From Oscillospiraceae bacterium (GTDB lineage Bacteria > Bacillota > Clostridia > Oscillospirales > JAVBNY01): 64,000 bases of DNA. The translations under genes were made by a program, and so were the position numbers. Shown one piece after another: positions 46,787 to 55,687 of this stretch (positions are counted from its first letter, which is position 1; each line of letters starts with the position of its first letter). Where the stretch lies: the NCBI GenBank assembly GCA_031551205.1, contig JAVBNY010000001.1:78319-142318 (forward strand), given 5' to 3'. The notes under the pieces are model-generated. The model was given only the letters and a program-made list of their open reading frames with translations, ran no database searches and was not told the origin of the DNA.

Positions 46787-46948
46787 GGGCCTGTTCACAT
46801 AAGCAGGGAATGCTCGATTTATGAGTAGATTTTGTGACAGGAAAGATAAAATTTTGCGGGCATAATTTGTTTATGGCAAGAAATTTTAGCGCAGCATGGC
46901 GCAAAATCTGCCAAAAGGCGGGCGTTCATCGTTTATGTGAGCAGTCCC
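46787..46948. mobile_element. MITE-like non-autonomous element, 162 bp
   Basis: Imperfect 18-bp TIRs (GGGCCTGTTCACATAAGC / GTTTATGTGAGCAGTCCC), flanking TTTA direct repeat, internal rod-like self-complementarity. Confidence 0.7.
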
Positions 46949-46949
46949 T

Positions 46950-48830
46950 TTAACTGAAAAGAGCGCATGAGAGCGGAGGCAGGGAGAGATGCAGACCGCC
47001 TTCCAGGATCTGAAAGATCCTGCCGGTGACCCTTTCCGTGACAAAGGAGCTGTCAAACGGAAGCCATACACATCTGGCCTCATTACATCGGTTGACGGCC
47101 ACAGTCACGCTCTGTCCGGGGCACTCCCGGCGGAAGGCCAGAATATCCTCGCAGGCCGGAATATATTCGATTGAGCCCCCGCTCAGAGCAGGGCTTTCCG
47201 CTCGAAGGCGGGATATTTTACGGTACCATGAAAGCAGGTCGCCGTCCTCTCCGCCCCAGGGGAAGCCCTTTCTGTTCAGCGGATCCTCAAACCCCTCCAT
47301 ACCGGCCTCGTCCCCGTAATAGACGCACGGAGAGCCGGGGAAGCAGAACTGGATAAACGAGCCGAGCATCAGAAGGCGTTTTGCCGCCTCGCGGCGGCCT
47401 TCCGGCAGGCGCATCAGGGCTTTTGCCTGTTTGTCGAGAGCGAAATCCTCCTTGTCGCAGCCGAGAATAGTCAGGATACGCGGGGTGTCGTGCGTCCCGA
47501 TTATATTCATCGAGGACATGAATACGGCCTCGGGATAGTTCTCTCTGATACTCTCCATTACGGCTATAAAATGCCCGGAGGGGCCGCCCAGAAGAAACTC
47601 GATAACCGAGTTTCTGAGCGGGTAGTTCATAACGCCGTGCAGTCCGCACCTGAGGATATACCGGCGCCTGACATCGTAGCTGATTTTGTTTGAAGCGTCC
47701 TCCCAGACCTCGCCGATTATCACGGCGTCGTCAAGCACATCCTGCGCCGCACTGTTGAGCTCGCTGATAAACTCGTCCGGCAGTTCGTCGGCTACGTCGA
47801 GCCTCCAGCCCGAGGCGCCCGCGCGCAGCCAGCGCCTGACAACAGAGTCCTCTTCGCCGAAGATAAAGCGACGATAGCTCTCATCCATCTCGCTTACCTG
47901 CGGAAGTGTATATATCCCCCACCACGACGAATATTTGTCGGGCCACTTTTCAAACTCAAACCACGGGAAATAGGGCGAGTCCTTCGACTGATACGCACCG
48001 ACGCTGTCGTAGCGCCCGAGCGCGTTGAAATACCGGCTGTCATACCCGGTGTGGTTGAAAACCCCGTCTAAAATAACGCGCATACAGAGCTTCCGCGCTT
48101 TTTCACACAGTTCCTCAAATTCGGCGTTTGTCCCGAACATCGGATCGATTTCATGGTAGTCGCCGGTGTCGTATCTATGGTTTGAATACGCCCTGAAAAT
48201 GGGGCTGAGATATATCGTAGTCACATTCAAAGACCTGAGATAGTCAAGTTTTGAAAGGATGCCCCTTATGTTTCCACCGAAAAAGTCGCAGTTTTTGACC
48301 TCGCCATTCTCGTCCCTGCGGAACTCGGGGCAGTCGTCCCAGTTATCGTGCAGCGTTCGGCCCTCCATGCCCTGAGTGAGCCCTTTGCGGCAGAAACGGT
48401 CCGGAAAGATGTGGTATGTAATGCCCTCGCCAAACCATTTAGGAGCGTTGGCTGAGGCCTCATATACCGACAGCTGATATTCCTTTGGATCTTTGCCGTA
48501 CATAGCGCCCTCGCCGCCGAGCCCATCCTCGTTGTCGCCGTAAAAAAGAACGCAGCCGTCTGAAGCGGTCATCGCGAAGGAGTACCAACAGATGCCGCAG
48601 TATTCGGGGAGGGAGATCTCACAGGAGTAACGGTCCATGCCGAGCGAAAGGCCGCTCCAGGACATAACATGCTCTGAGGTCTCGCCGGTGCACTCAAAGC
48701 GCAGCCTGATAGACACGCCCGACACCGTGACTGAGCGTCTGACGGACAAACTGAAACTGACGCTTGAACCGGAGCGCACGGCCCCGAACGGAGATTTATA
48801 CCCTGGGTCCCTCGAATTAAAATAAATCAT
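46950..48830 (-). CDS. GH13 neopullulanase/amylopullulanase-like glycosidase
   Basis: YHIFPDRF, SNHRYDT, DGVFNH, GWRLDVADE, GEVWED, THDT.R, YYGDE; start at ATG after AAGGAG. Confidence 0.93.
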   Translation of the reverse strand: MIYFNSRDPGYKSPFGAVRSGSSVSFSLSVRRSVTVSGVSIRLRFECTGETSEHVMSWSGLSLGMDRYSCEISLPEYCGICWYSFAMTASDGCVLFYGDNEDGLGGEGAMYGKDPKEYQLSVYEASANAPKWFGEGITYHIFPDRFCRKGLTQGMEGRTLHDNWDDCPEFRRDENGEVKNCDFFGGNIRGILSKLDYLRSLNVTTIYLSPIFRAYSNHRYDTGDYHEIDPMFGTNAEFEELCEKARKLCMRVILDGVFNHTGYDSRYFNALGRYDSVGAYQSKDSPYFPWFEFEKWPDKYSSWWGIYTLPQVSEMDESYRRFIFGEEDSVVRRWLRAGASGWRLDVADELPDEFISELNSAAQDVLDDAVIIGEVWEDASNKISYDVRRRYILRCGLHGVMNYPLRNSVIEFLLGGPSGHFIAVMESIRENYPEAVFMSSMNIIGTHDTPRILTILGCDKEDFALDKQAKALMRLPEGRREAAKRLLMLGSFIQFCFPGSPCVYYGDEAGMEGFEDPLNRKGFPWGGEDGDLLSWYRKISRLRAESPALSGGSIEYIPACEDILAFRRECPGQSVTVAVNRCNEARCVWLPFDSSFVTERVTGRIFQILEGGLHLSLPPLSCALFS

Positions 48831-48873
48831 TGCGTCCACTCCTTTTCTTGACGGAAAAAGCGCTGGATAAGCC

Positions 48874-50262
48874 CTACCCGATAATGACATGCGACTCCGG
48901 ATATCCAATCTTCGGGGCGGATGTCTGACGAATCATAACGGCGAGCCCGAAGGTTATTATGCCCACTCTGCCGATGTACATCAGAAAGACCAGGACAAGC
49001 TTTGAGGCCGACGTGAGCCCTGCCGTGATGCCGGTTGAGAGGCCGACCGTGCCAAAAGCGGACACGGCCTCAAATATTATTGCAAAAAAGCCCTCTCGTC
49101 CCTCAAAAAAACCGATAATCATAGCGCCGCCAACGCATAGAAAAACCGCAAGCATTGTGACGGTGAGCGCGTGCATTACCTGAGACGTGCGGATTTTCCT
49201 GCCGTGTATGACGGTGTCCTGCCGGCCTCTGAAGATGGATACCGCCGCGGCAAGGATGATACCCGCCGTTACCGTCTTGATACCCCCGGCGCAAGAGCCG
49301 GGCGAGCCGCCGATAAGCATCAGGATTATCGACACGGCTTTGGACTGGTCAAAAAATCCGGCCTGAGGAACAGAGGTGAAACCGGCTGTTCGCGTGGTGG
49401 TCGACTGGAAAGCGGCATTTAAAAGTTTTTGCCAGACGGGCATCGACCCAAAGGTATCGGGGTTTGAATACTCGGCAAGGAAAAAATAAGCCGTTCCCAA
49501 AACAAGCAGAAACGCGGTTATTGTCAGAACCATCTTGGAGTGCAGCGTCAGCTTTTTAAAGCTCTTTTCGGTGAGCACATTCTCCCAGACAATAAAGCCG
49601 AGCCCTCCGAGGATAATAAGCGCCATAATCGTTAGGCACACGGCGGGATTTGCGTTGAAAGGCTCAAGGTTTTTCCCGGGAGCTATGTCGCCGGTGATGT
49701 CAAAGCCCGCGTTGCAGAAGGCGGAAACAGAGTGGAATACGCCCTTAAAAATCGCATTTGGGAACCCGTAGACACCGGCAAAGGAAAAGGTCAGAACCAC
49801 GGCGCCGCTTCCCTCAATAATCAGTGTTCCAAGCAGCACATGCCGAACAAGGCGCACGACGCCGGAAAGATCTGAAAGTGAAAAGCTCTGCACCATGATG
49901 AGCCGCTCGGTCAGGCCAATCCTGCGCTTGAGAAAGAAGAAGGCCATCGAGGCGAGCGTCATAAAGCCTAGGCCGCCTGTCTGGATAAGCAGCAGCATGA
50001 CTATCTGCCCGAATGTGCTCCAGTGGGTGTATGTATCCACAACTGAAAGCCCAGTCACGCAGGTACAGGACGTCGCCGTGAACAGACTGGTCACAAAGTC
50101 CGTCACCTCGCCCGAGCGCGAGGAGACCGGAAGCATTAGAAGAAACGTCCCTAAAAGTATTATCGCGAAAAACATGATAAGAATAAACCTTGTGGGGCTG
50201 AAAAATCTGAAGTCCGGCCGTTTATGCATCCCTCCGGGGGTGTTACGCTCTTTGATGTTCAT
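48874..50262 (-). CDS. ktrB: Trk/Ktr K+ transporter membrane subunit
   Basis: ATSCTCVTGL, SAFCNAGF, TTRTAGF, SAFGTVGLS, MYIGRVG. Confidence 0.92.
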   Translation of the reverse strand: MNIKERNTPGGMHKRPDFRFFSPTRFILIMFFAIILLGTFLLMLPVSSRSGEVTDFVTSLFTATSCTCVTGLSVVDTYTHWSTFGQIVMLLLIQTGGLGFMTLASMAFFFLKRRIGLTERLIMVQSFSLSDLSGVVRLVRHVLLGTLIIEGSGAVVLTFSFAGVYGFPNAIFKGVFHSVSAFCNAGFDITGDIAPGKNLEPFNANPAVCLTIMALIILGGLGFIVWENVLTEKSFKKLTLHSKMVLTITAFLLVLGTAYFFLAEYSNPDTFGSMPVWQKLLNAAFQSTTTRTAGFTSVPQAGFFDQSKAVSIILMLIGGSPGSCAGGIKTVTAGIILAAAVSIFRGRQDTVIHGRKIRTSQVMHALTVTMLAVFLCVGGAMIIGFFEGREGFFAIIFEAVSAFGTVGLSTGITAGLTSASKLVLVFLMYIGRVGIITFGLAVMIRQTSAPKIGYPESHVIIG

Positions 50263-50348
50263 ATTGCGGCTCCATCTGTTCAGTTATTTTTGGTATCCTA
50301 ATTACTTCGAATAAATCCCCGGTTTAATGATTAGTATTGCGTGCAATG

Positions 50349-51101
50349 TCAGACAATATCAATCCCGACGGGACAGTGGTCGCTTCCCATTACCTCAGGG
50401 AGGATAAACGCGTCGAGCACGCGGGGAAGAAAGCGCTCGGACACAAGGAAGTAATCTATGCGCCATCCCGCGTTGCGCGAGCGTGCGCCGCCGATATATG
50501 ACCACCAGGTGTAAGCCCCGGTCAAATCCGGGTAGAAATGCCTAAAGGTGTCGACAAAGCCGGAGTCGAGCAGAATAGTCAGCTTTTGTCGCTCCTCATC
50601 GGTAAATCCGGCGTTATGCCTGTTCGACTTCGGGTTTTTGAGGTCAATCTCCCGGTGCGCCACGTTGAGATCACCGCATAGCACGACCGGTTTGACCGCG
50701 TCAAGCTCCAACAGCCTTAGTCGGAAATCGTCCTCCCATCCCATGCGGTAGTCAAGGCGCCGCAGTTCGTTCTGAGAGTTCGGCGTGTAGCAGTTGACGA
50801 GAAAAAAGTCGTAAAATTCCGCGATTATCACGCGCCCCTCCAGGGGATGATCAGGACGTGCGAGGTCAAACTGCACACTGATTGGCTCTATGCGGGAAAA
50901 GACGGCCGTACCTGAATATCCCGGCTTTTCGGCGCTATGCCAGACAAGCGAATACCCAGGGATGTCGATATTGACCTGCTCGAGGCGCGCCTTGACCTCC
51001 TGAAGACAGATTATGTCCGGATTTATCGCCGCGATATAGTCTAAAAACCCCTTTGTCAGGCACGCGCGTATTCCGTTGACATTCCAAGAGATAAGCTTCA
51101 T
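50349..51101 (-). CDS. xth: Exodeoxyribonuclease III (AP endonuclease)
   Basis: SWNVNGIRA, LQE.K, GDLNVAH, WWSY, GWRIDYF, SDHCP. Confidence 0.96.
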   Translation of the reverse strand: MKLISWNVNGIRACLTKGFLDYIAAINPDIICLQEVKARLEQVNIDIPGYSLVWHSAEKPGYSGTAVFSRIEPISVQFDLARPDHPLEGRVIIAEFYDFFLVNCYTPNSQNELRRLDYRMGWEDDFRLRLLELDAVKPVVLCGDLNVAHREIDLKNPKSNRHNAGFTDEERQKLTILLDSGFVDTFRHFYPDLTGAYTWWSYIGGARSRNAGWRIDYFLVSERFLPRVLDAFILPEVMGSDHCPVGIDIV

Positions 51102-51179
51102 AAAATTCAGCTCCCGGTAATTATGTTATTGTAATTTATTTAATCGCTGGAGTAATAATATATCTTTTCGGCGGCTTAG

Positions 51180-51206
51180 TCAAACCGCGGCTGAAAAAAC
51201 CGATAT
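51180..51206 (+). promoter_or_regulatory. sigma28-like promoter
   Basis: TCAA-N15-ACCGATAT; its -35 overlaps the divergent xth sigmaA -35 (TTGACT). Confidence 0.5.
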
Positions 51207-51370
51207 ACTAATATGCGGGGACAGTCGCTCTCAAGTCTGTCAGGGAAACACCGCGCATCAGCCCGTATATCTCAAGAGGGGAGACTGGCTCCCTTTAAGA
51301 CGCTGAGCAACGGGATAAGCATATGCACAAAACCGTTCGCAGAAATTAACAGAGAAAAGCAGGCGTTTTT

Positions 51371-52960
51371 ATGAAAGAGAATATGAGGGACAAGATTAAT
51401 TCCGAGCTGATAAGGGTGCTTATAGACAACACGCCCGTGGCCTATATTATCCTTGACGACGAATACCGCATATATTACATCAACGACAATTTTCTTAAGC
51501 TGCGCAGCCTTGATTCCGAGAGTACCCTGGGCGAGCTTTGCTACAATATCTCGAACAGAGGCGAGCTTTGCAGGCAATGCGCTGTCAAGCAGGCGCTGAA
51601 GACGGGAGAGAAAGCGTTTGTTTCAAGGAAGGACACGCTCCCGGACGGCATGGTCAGGTTTATCGACGACTATGCGATTCCCCTGCTTACCGACGAGGAG
51701 ACCGGCCGCAGGTTTGTGCTTGAGATAATGGTCAACAGAACGCCGGAGATGATCGCCAAGGAGCGGCGCGACGCGGACTACGGCGAGATCATCTCGGTTT
51801 TCACAAATCTGCTTGATTCCAAGGACAAGTATACGGCGACGCATTCCGACAGCGTGAGGAGGATAGCCTCGATGCTGGCGCGCGCGATGGGCCTTTCCGC
51901 CAAGGAGATTTTCGACATCTCCATCGCCGCCAGCCTTCACGACATCGGAAAGGTCAGGATACCCGATTCTATTATCAACAAGCCGGGAAAGCTTGACGAG
52001 AATGAGTTTATGCTCATTAAAAGGCATCCCCTCATCTCGTATGAGATGATAGCGGGCCTGTCGAGCTTTGAGGAGATAAGCGGCATCGTCAGGCACCACC
52101 ACGAGAGGATAGACGGCAGAGGGTACCCCGACGGGCTTTCAGGAGACGAGATCCCGATAGGAGCAAAGATCGTGGCGGTGGCCGACACATACGACGCAAT
52201 CGTCTCAACTCGGTCTTACCGAAGCGCGCTCTCGCACGAATACGCGCTTGGGGAGATTCGGCGTGTGGCGGGCACACAACTTGACGAGGAGGTTGTAAAC
52301 GTATTCCTCTCAATGGATTTCAGGAAGGAATGCGTGGTGTCAAGGGAGCTGGACGGCGAAAAGCCACCGGTTGAGAGGGTAATCGGCCCTCAGAGCGTTG
52401 TCTCGAAGACAAAAGAAATTGATACCGGTGCGTTCAGCCGGATTGTAAAAGACAGACAGCTTCTTACCAAGATTTTTGAAAATACCCCGTGCGGCTACGT
52501 TCTGATGGACAGGGACAGGAAGGTGCTTTTCGCAAGCCGCTATTTCCTCGACTATATGGGTCTTTCGGCAGATGAGGTTATGGATAAGCAATGCTATGAG
52601 GCGGGCGGCATAGGATCTTTGCCGTGCCCCGGATGCGCCATAGAAAGGGCGCTTGAGTCCGGCAAGGTGGAGTATATGCTGCAGGAGCAGGCCACAAGAA
52701 ACGGCCCGAAGATATTTGACCTGTTCGGCATCCCGCTGAAGGAGCCTGACGGAACCGTGGATTACGTCATTGAGGCGATCATCGACAGGACAGCTGAGGT
52801 AAGCTTTGAGCGGCAGCGCGGAAAGGACTTCAGCGAGCTTATCGGCATGATGACGGGCCTTCTTGAGGAGCAGGAATCCGGCGAGAGTATGTCGGCAAAG
52901 ATCACAGAGCTGAGGGAGAGGCTGAGCGGCCTTCTGAATAACAAGCCCGCTGGAAGATGA
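51371..52960 (+). CDS. PAS - HD-GYP - PAS protein (cyclic dinucleotide phosphodiesterase)
   Basis: KD.YT..HS..V, HDIGK, HHERIDGRGYPDG, VADTYDA...R.YR; two Cys-rich PAS-like repeats. Confidence 0.9.
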   Translation: MKENMRDKINSELIRVLIDNTPVAYIILDDEYRIYYINDNFLKLRSLDSESTLGELCYNISNRGELCRQCAVKQALKTGEKAFVSRKDTLPDGMVRFIDDYAIPLLTDEETGRRFVLEIMVNRTPEMIAKERRDADYGEIISVFTNLLDSKDKYTATHSDSVRRIASMLARAMGLSAKEIFDISIAASLHDIGKVRIPDSIINKPGKLDENEFMLIKRHPLISYEMIAGLSSFEEISGIVRHHHERIDGRGYPDGLSGDEIPIGAKIVAVADTYDAIVSTRSYRSALSHEYALGEIRRVAGTQLDEEVVNVFLSMDFRKECVVSRELDGEKPPVERVIGPQSVVSKTKEIDTGAFSRIVKDRQLLTKIFENTPCGYVLMDRDRKVLFASRYFLDYMGLSADEVMDKQCYEAGGIGSLPCPGCAIERALESGKVEYMLQEQATRNGPKIFDLFGIPLKEPDGTVDYVIEAIIDRTAEVSFERQRGKDFSELIGMMTGLLEEQESGESMSAKITELRERLSGLLNNKPAGR

Positions 52961-53049
52961 TGGGCATGAAAAAAACGAGCACAAAGACGGATACCTTAGT
53001 GCTCGTCCGCAAAGTCGGCAGCGGCGCGTCAAAAATAGTGTGACGCAAA

Positions 53050-53077
53050 AAAAGCAGGAGACATATGTCTCCTGCTT
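53050..53077. terminator. Terminator between convergent genes
   Basis: AAAAGCAGGAGAC-ATAT-GTCTCCTGCTT. Confidence 0.7.
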
Positions 53078-53090
53078 CTCTCAGCAAAAA

Positions 53091-53363
53091 TTAGTCCCTC
53101 GAGCGGGAGAAACACTCGCTGCAGTATACAGGCCTGTCGGTCTTCGGCTCGAAAGGAACCTTGGCTTCGCCGCCGCAGGCAGCGCAAGTCGCTGTGAAGA
53201 ACTCTCTCGGGCCGCGGGCAGCGCTCTTGCGAGCGTCACGGCAGGTTTTGCAGCGCTGAGGCTCATTCATAAAACCGCGCTCGGAGTAAAACTCCTGCTC
53301 GCCGGCGGTAAATATAAATTCTCCACCGCACTCTTTGCAATTTAGTGTCTTGTCTTCGTACAT
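53091..53363 (-). CDS. Small zinc-ribbon protein with CxxC-x17-CxxC domain
   Basis: DKTL.CKECG.EF.FTAGEQEFY...GF.NEP.RC..CR; C..CG....VPF.P...RPVYC.EC. Confidence 0.9.
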   Translation of the reverse strand: MYEDKTLNCKECGGEFIFTAGEQEFYSERGFMNEPQRCKTCRDARKSAARGPREFFTATCAACGGEAKVPFEPKTDRPVYCSECFSRSRD

Positions 53364-53459
53364 TGTTTACCCTCACTTTGATAGATTAGTGTTGCTCCTG
53401 CCGTCGCCCTAAGGGAAAAAGCTCCATTACAGCAAAACAGGGCGTATATGCGCGCAGAG

Positions 53460-54137
53460 TTACCTGCTGTCGCCGTTTGAAAGGTGCTGTTGCAGCTTGC
53501 GCCTAATACGCTGCACAGCGTTGTCCACAGATTTGGGCTGTCTTGCGATCTTCTCGGCGATTTCCCGGTAAGAAAGACCGCGGAGGTACAAATCCAAAAT
53601 TTTCGCCTCCATGGAAGTAAAAAGAACACGGAGCGCATCTGTGAACTGGAGCTGCTCTTCACCCTGGATGACCAGCTCTTCAGGATTTGCCGCGCGATTT
53701 GATGCCACTAATCTTGTCTCTTCAAAAAGAGGGGAAGTAAGCGGGATGTAATCGTTTAGCGGAGAGTGTTTTTTTCTGGCGGCCGTTTTTATGCTCGAAT
53801 ATATTTGTCTTTTTATGCACGTCTTTGCGAAGCCTCTGAATGGAACGCCAAGCTCGGGGTTATAACCTCTTACAGCGCCGATGAGCCCGATAAAACCCTC
53901 CTGAATAAGGTCTTCGTTTTCTGCGCCCTGCATAAAATAAGAACCTGCAATGAGCCTGACCTGAGGAAAAAACCTGATATAAAGCGCAGCCTCAGCTCTT
54001 TCGCTGCCTGACTGCGCGAGCGCGCAGAGTTTTTCGTCTGATTCGGGGGAAGGGAAAACGCTTTCCTTTTCCGTGACGGCGGCCTCATCAGGGTTGCCGG
54101 AGAATACTTCCTTACTGCTGTCAAGGTAATCAGACAT
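53460..54137 (-). CDS. sigH: RNA polymerase sporulation sigma factor SigH
   Basis: EDLIQEG.IGL, RKKHSPLN.Y, SY.EIA, KSVDNAVQRIRRK. Confidence 0.92.
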   Translation of the reverse strand: MSDYLDSSKEVFSGNPDEAAVTEKESVFPSPESDEKLCALAQSGSERAEAALYIRFFPQVRLIAGSYFMQGAENEDLIQEGFIGLIGAVRGYNPELGVPFRGFAKTCIKRQIYSSIKTAARKKHSPLNDYIPLTSPLFEETRLVASNRAANPEELVIQGEEQLQFTDALRVLFTSMEAKILDLYLRGLSYREIAEKIARQPKSVDNAVQRIRRKLQQHLSNGDSR

Positions 54138-54170
54138 ACTTAACGGACCCTTCTGTATTCACTATTTCAA

Positions 54171-54200
54171 ATTGTACACCAGTGAAGACTGTTTTGTCAA
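54171..54200 (-). promoter_or_regulatory. sigmaA-type promoter of sigH
   Basis: TTGACA-N18-TACAAT. Confidence 0.6.
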
Positions 54201-54247
54201 GCAAAATATATCGTGTTTAATAGAATCATAGCAGTTAGAGCGGATTT

Positions 54248-54628
54248 TTAAAAGATATTGATCAGACGCACTCTTTCTTCGTCGTTAAGCTGCAATAATC
54301 GGGTCTGAGCCTTAATATTTGCGGCCTTGAATTCAGTGTGTTTTTCCAGTCGCATGTACTCTTCCATCTCGAGAAGCAGTGAGTAAACCTCGTCTATCCC
54401 GTCGTGCTTCATCACAATTGCAAAAAATGTGCCGTTATCTTCCCATTTTGTCATCGCTTCACCGGAATATTCAAACGCGGAGCTCCAGTCGCCCAGATCC
54501 GCACGATATTCACAGGCTTCGAGCAGTTCAAGTATCTCGCGAATGTCTCCGGATACCTTCATCGAAGAAAAAAGGGAGAGACTTAAGGTAATGGAGAGGA
54601 TTAAAAGACCGATAAGCGCGAATTTCAC
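54248..54628 (-). CDS. DUF4363-like protein
   Basis: N-terminal TM, W......H..IDE, ends NIF; typical partner of DUF421. Confidence 0.75.
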   Translation of the reverse strand: MKFALIGLLILSITLSLSLFSSMKVSGDIREILELLEACEYRADLGDWSSAFEYSGEAMTKWEDNGTFFAIVMKHDGIDEVYSLLLEMEEYMRLEKHTEFKAANIKAQTRLLQLNDEERVRLINIF

Positions 54629-54631
54629 TTC

Positions 54632-55318
54632 TTATCCTCCTTTTTTCTTCTCGCGTTCGGAGATATATATGCCTCCGCTGTCGTCAAGGGTCATCAGGAA
54701 CACCGCCCCGGGAGAAGAGATCTTGCGGGATTTCAGTTCGGCGTCGAGCCACGCCCGGTTATAGCCGCGCAGCTGCAGATTGTTCTGAAGCACCCGCCCG
54801 TCGTTTATCACTATCACCGGGAGCCCTTTTTCGGGAAGACTGAGCCCCATATCGCCCGCCTTGACTGAGGAAAACTCTGAAAAGGGGATGATACTTAATG
54901 TGCCGTTGGGTTCAAGGATGCCGTATTTGACCTGGGAGATATCCGTTATGTCCTTGGCGCGCAGCTCCTCAATTAGCTCGTCGATCGTAAAGCGGTTACG
55001 GTGCATCTGGTCCTGCATTATACAGCCGTTTTCAATTATCATACTTGGCTTGCCGCACATCATAACCCGGAATCGCACGCTTTTCAAAATTGCCGAGGTC
55101 AGGATAAACTCCATCCCGATAAGAGTTGCTATGGGAATGATCCCAACCAGCAGGGGGATGCCGATGTCCTGCATGGGTATTGCCGCCAGCTCCGAGATGA
55201 GGATTGTCACAACAAGTTCACTCGGCTCAAGCTCGCCGATCTGCCTCTTGCCCATCACGCGCAGGCCAATTGTGACCGTCAGATAAAGAATCACAGTGCG
55301 AAAAAAAACTGTAACCAT
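54632..55318 (-). CDS. DUF421/YetF-family spore membrane protein
   Basis: RVMGKRQIGEL, GKP..II.NG, EL.E.LR, ILEPNG.LS; start at ATG after GGAGG. Confidence 0.9.
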   Translation of the reverse strand: MVTVFFRTVILYLTVTIGLRVMGKRQIGELEPSELVVTILISELAAIPMQDIGIPLLVGIIPIATLIGMEFILTSAILKSVRFRVMMCGKPSMIIENGCIMQDQMHRNRFTIDELIEELRAKDITDISQVKYGILEPNGTLSIIPFSEFSSVKAGDMGLSLPEKGLPVIVINDGRVLQNNLQLRGYNRAWLDAELKSRKISSPGAVFLMTLDDSGGIYISEREKKKGG

Positions 55319-55359
55319 ACAAACCTCCGGCATTTTCGCCCGCAAATTTCCGCAATGTG

Positions 55360-55388
55360 TATTTTTCCCCAATAGCGCAAAATAATTC
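55360..55388 (-). promoter_or_regulatory. sigmaF/sigmaG-like forespore promoter
   Basis: GAATT-N15-GGAAAAATA. Confidence 0.4.
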
Positions 55389-55687
55389 AAAAAAGTTTTA
55401 AGACAATACACACAATTTCTGTGGGAGGTCGCCTTTTATTTCCGAGTTGGCATGAATCTACGCAGCATATCAAAATACCGCATAATATGGATAATTATTG
55501 CATAACATATTCTTTTATACAGAAAGGGCGGGGGGACTATTGCAAATGCGTAAAAAATAATGTAGAATGGCTTGGTAAATTATTCTCCGACGAAATATCT
55601 GCGAGAGAGAAAGCAGCCGTATCGGAAACAGTATAGCCTGCGGCATTTAAAAAAGAGAATACCCGGACGCAGCCGGGCGAGAGTTGG

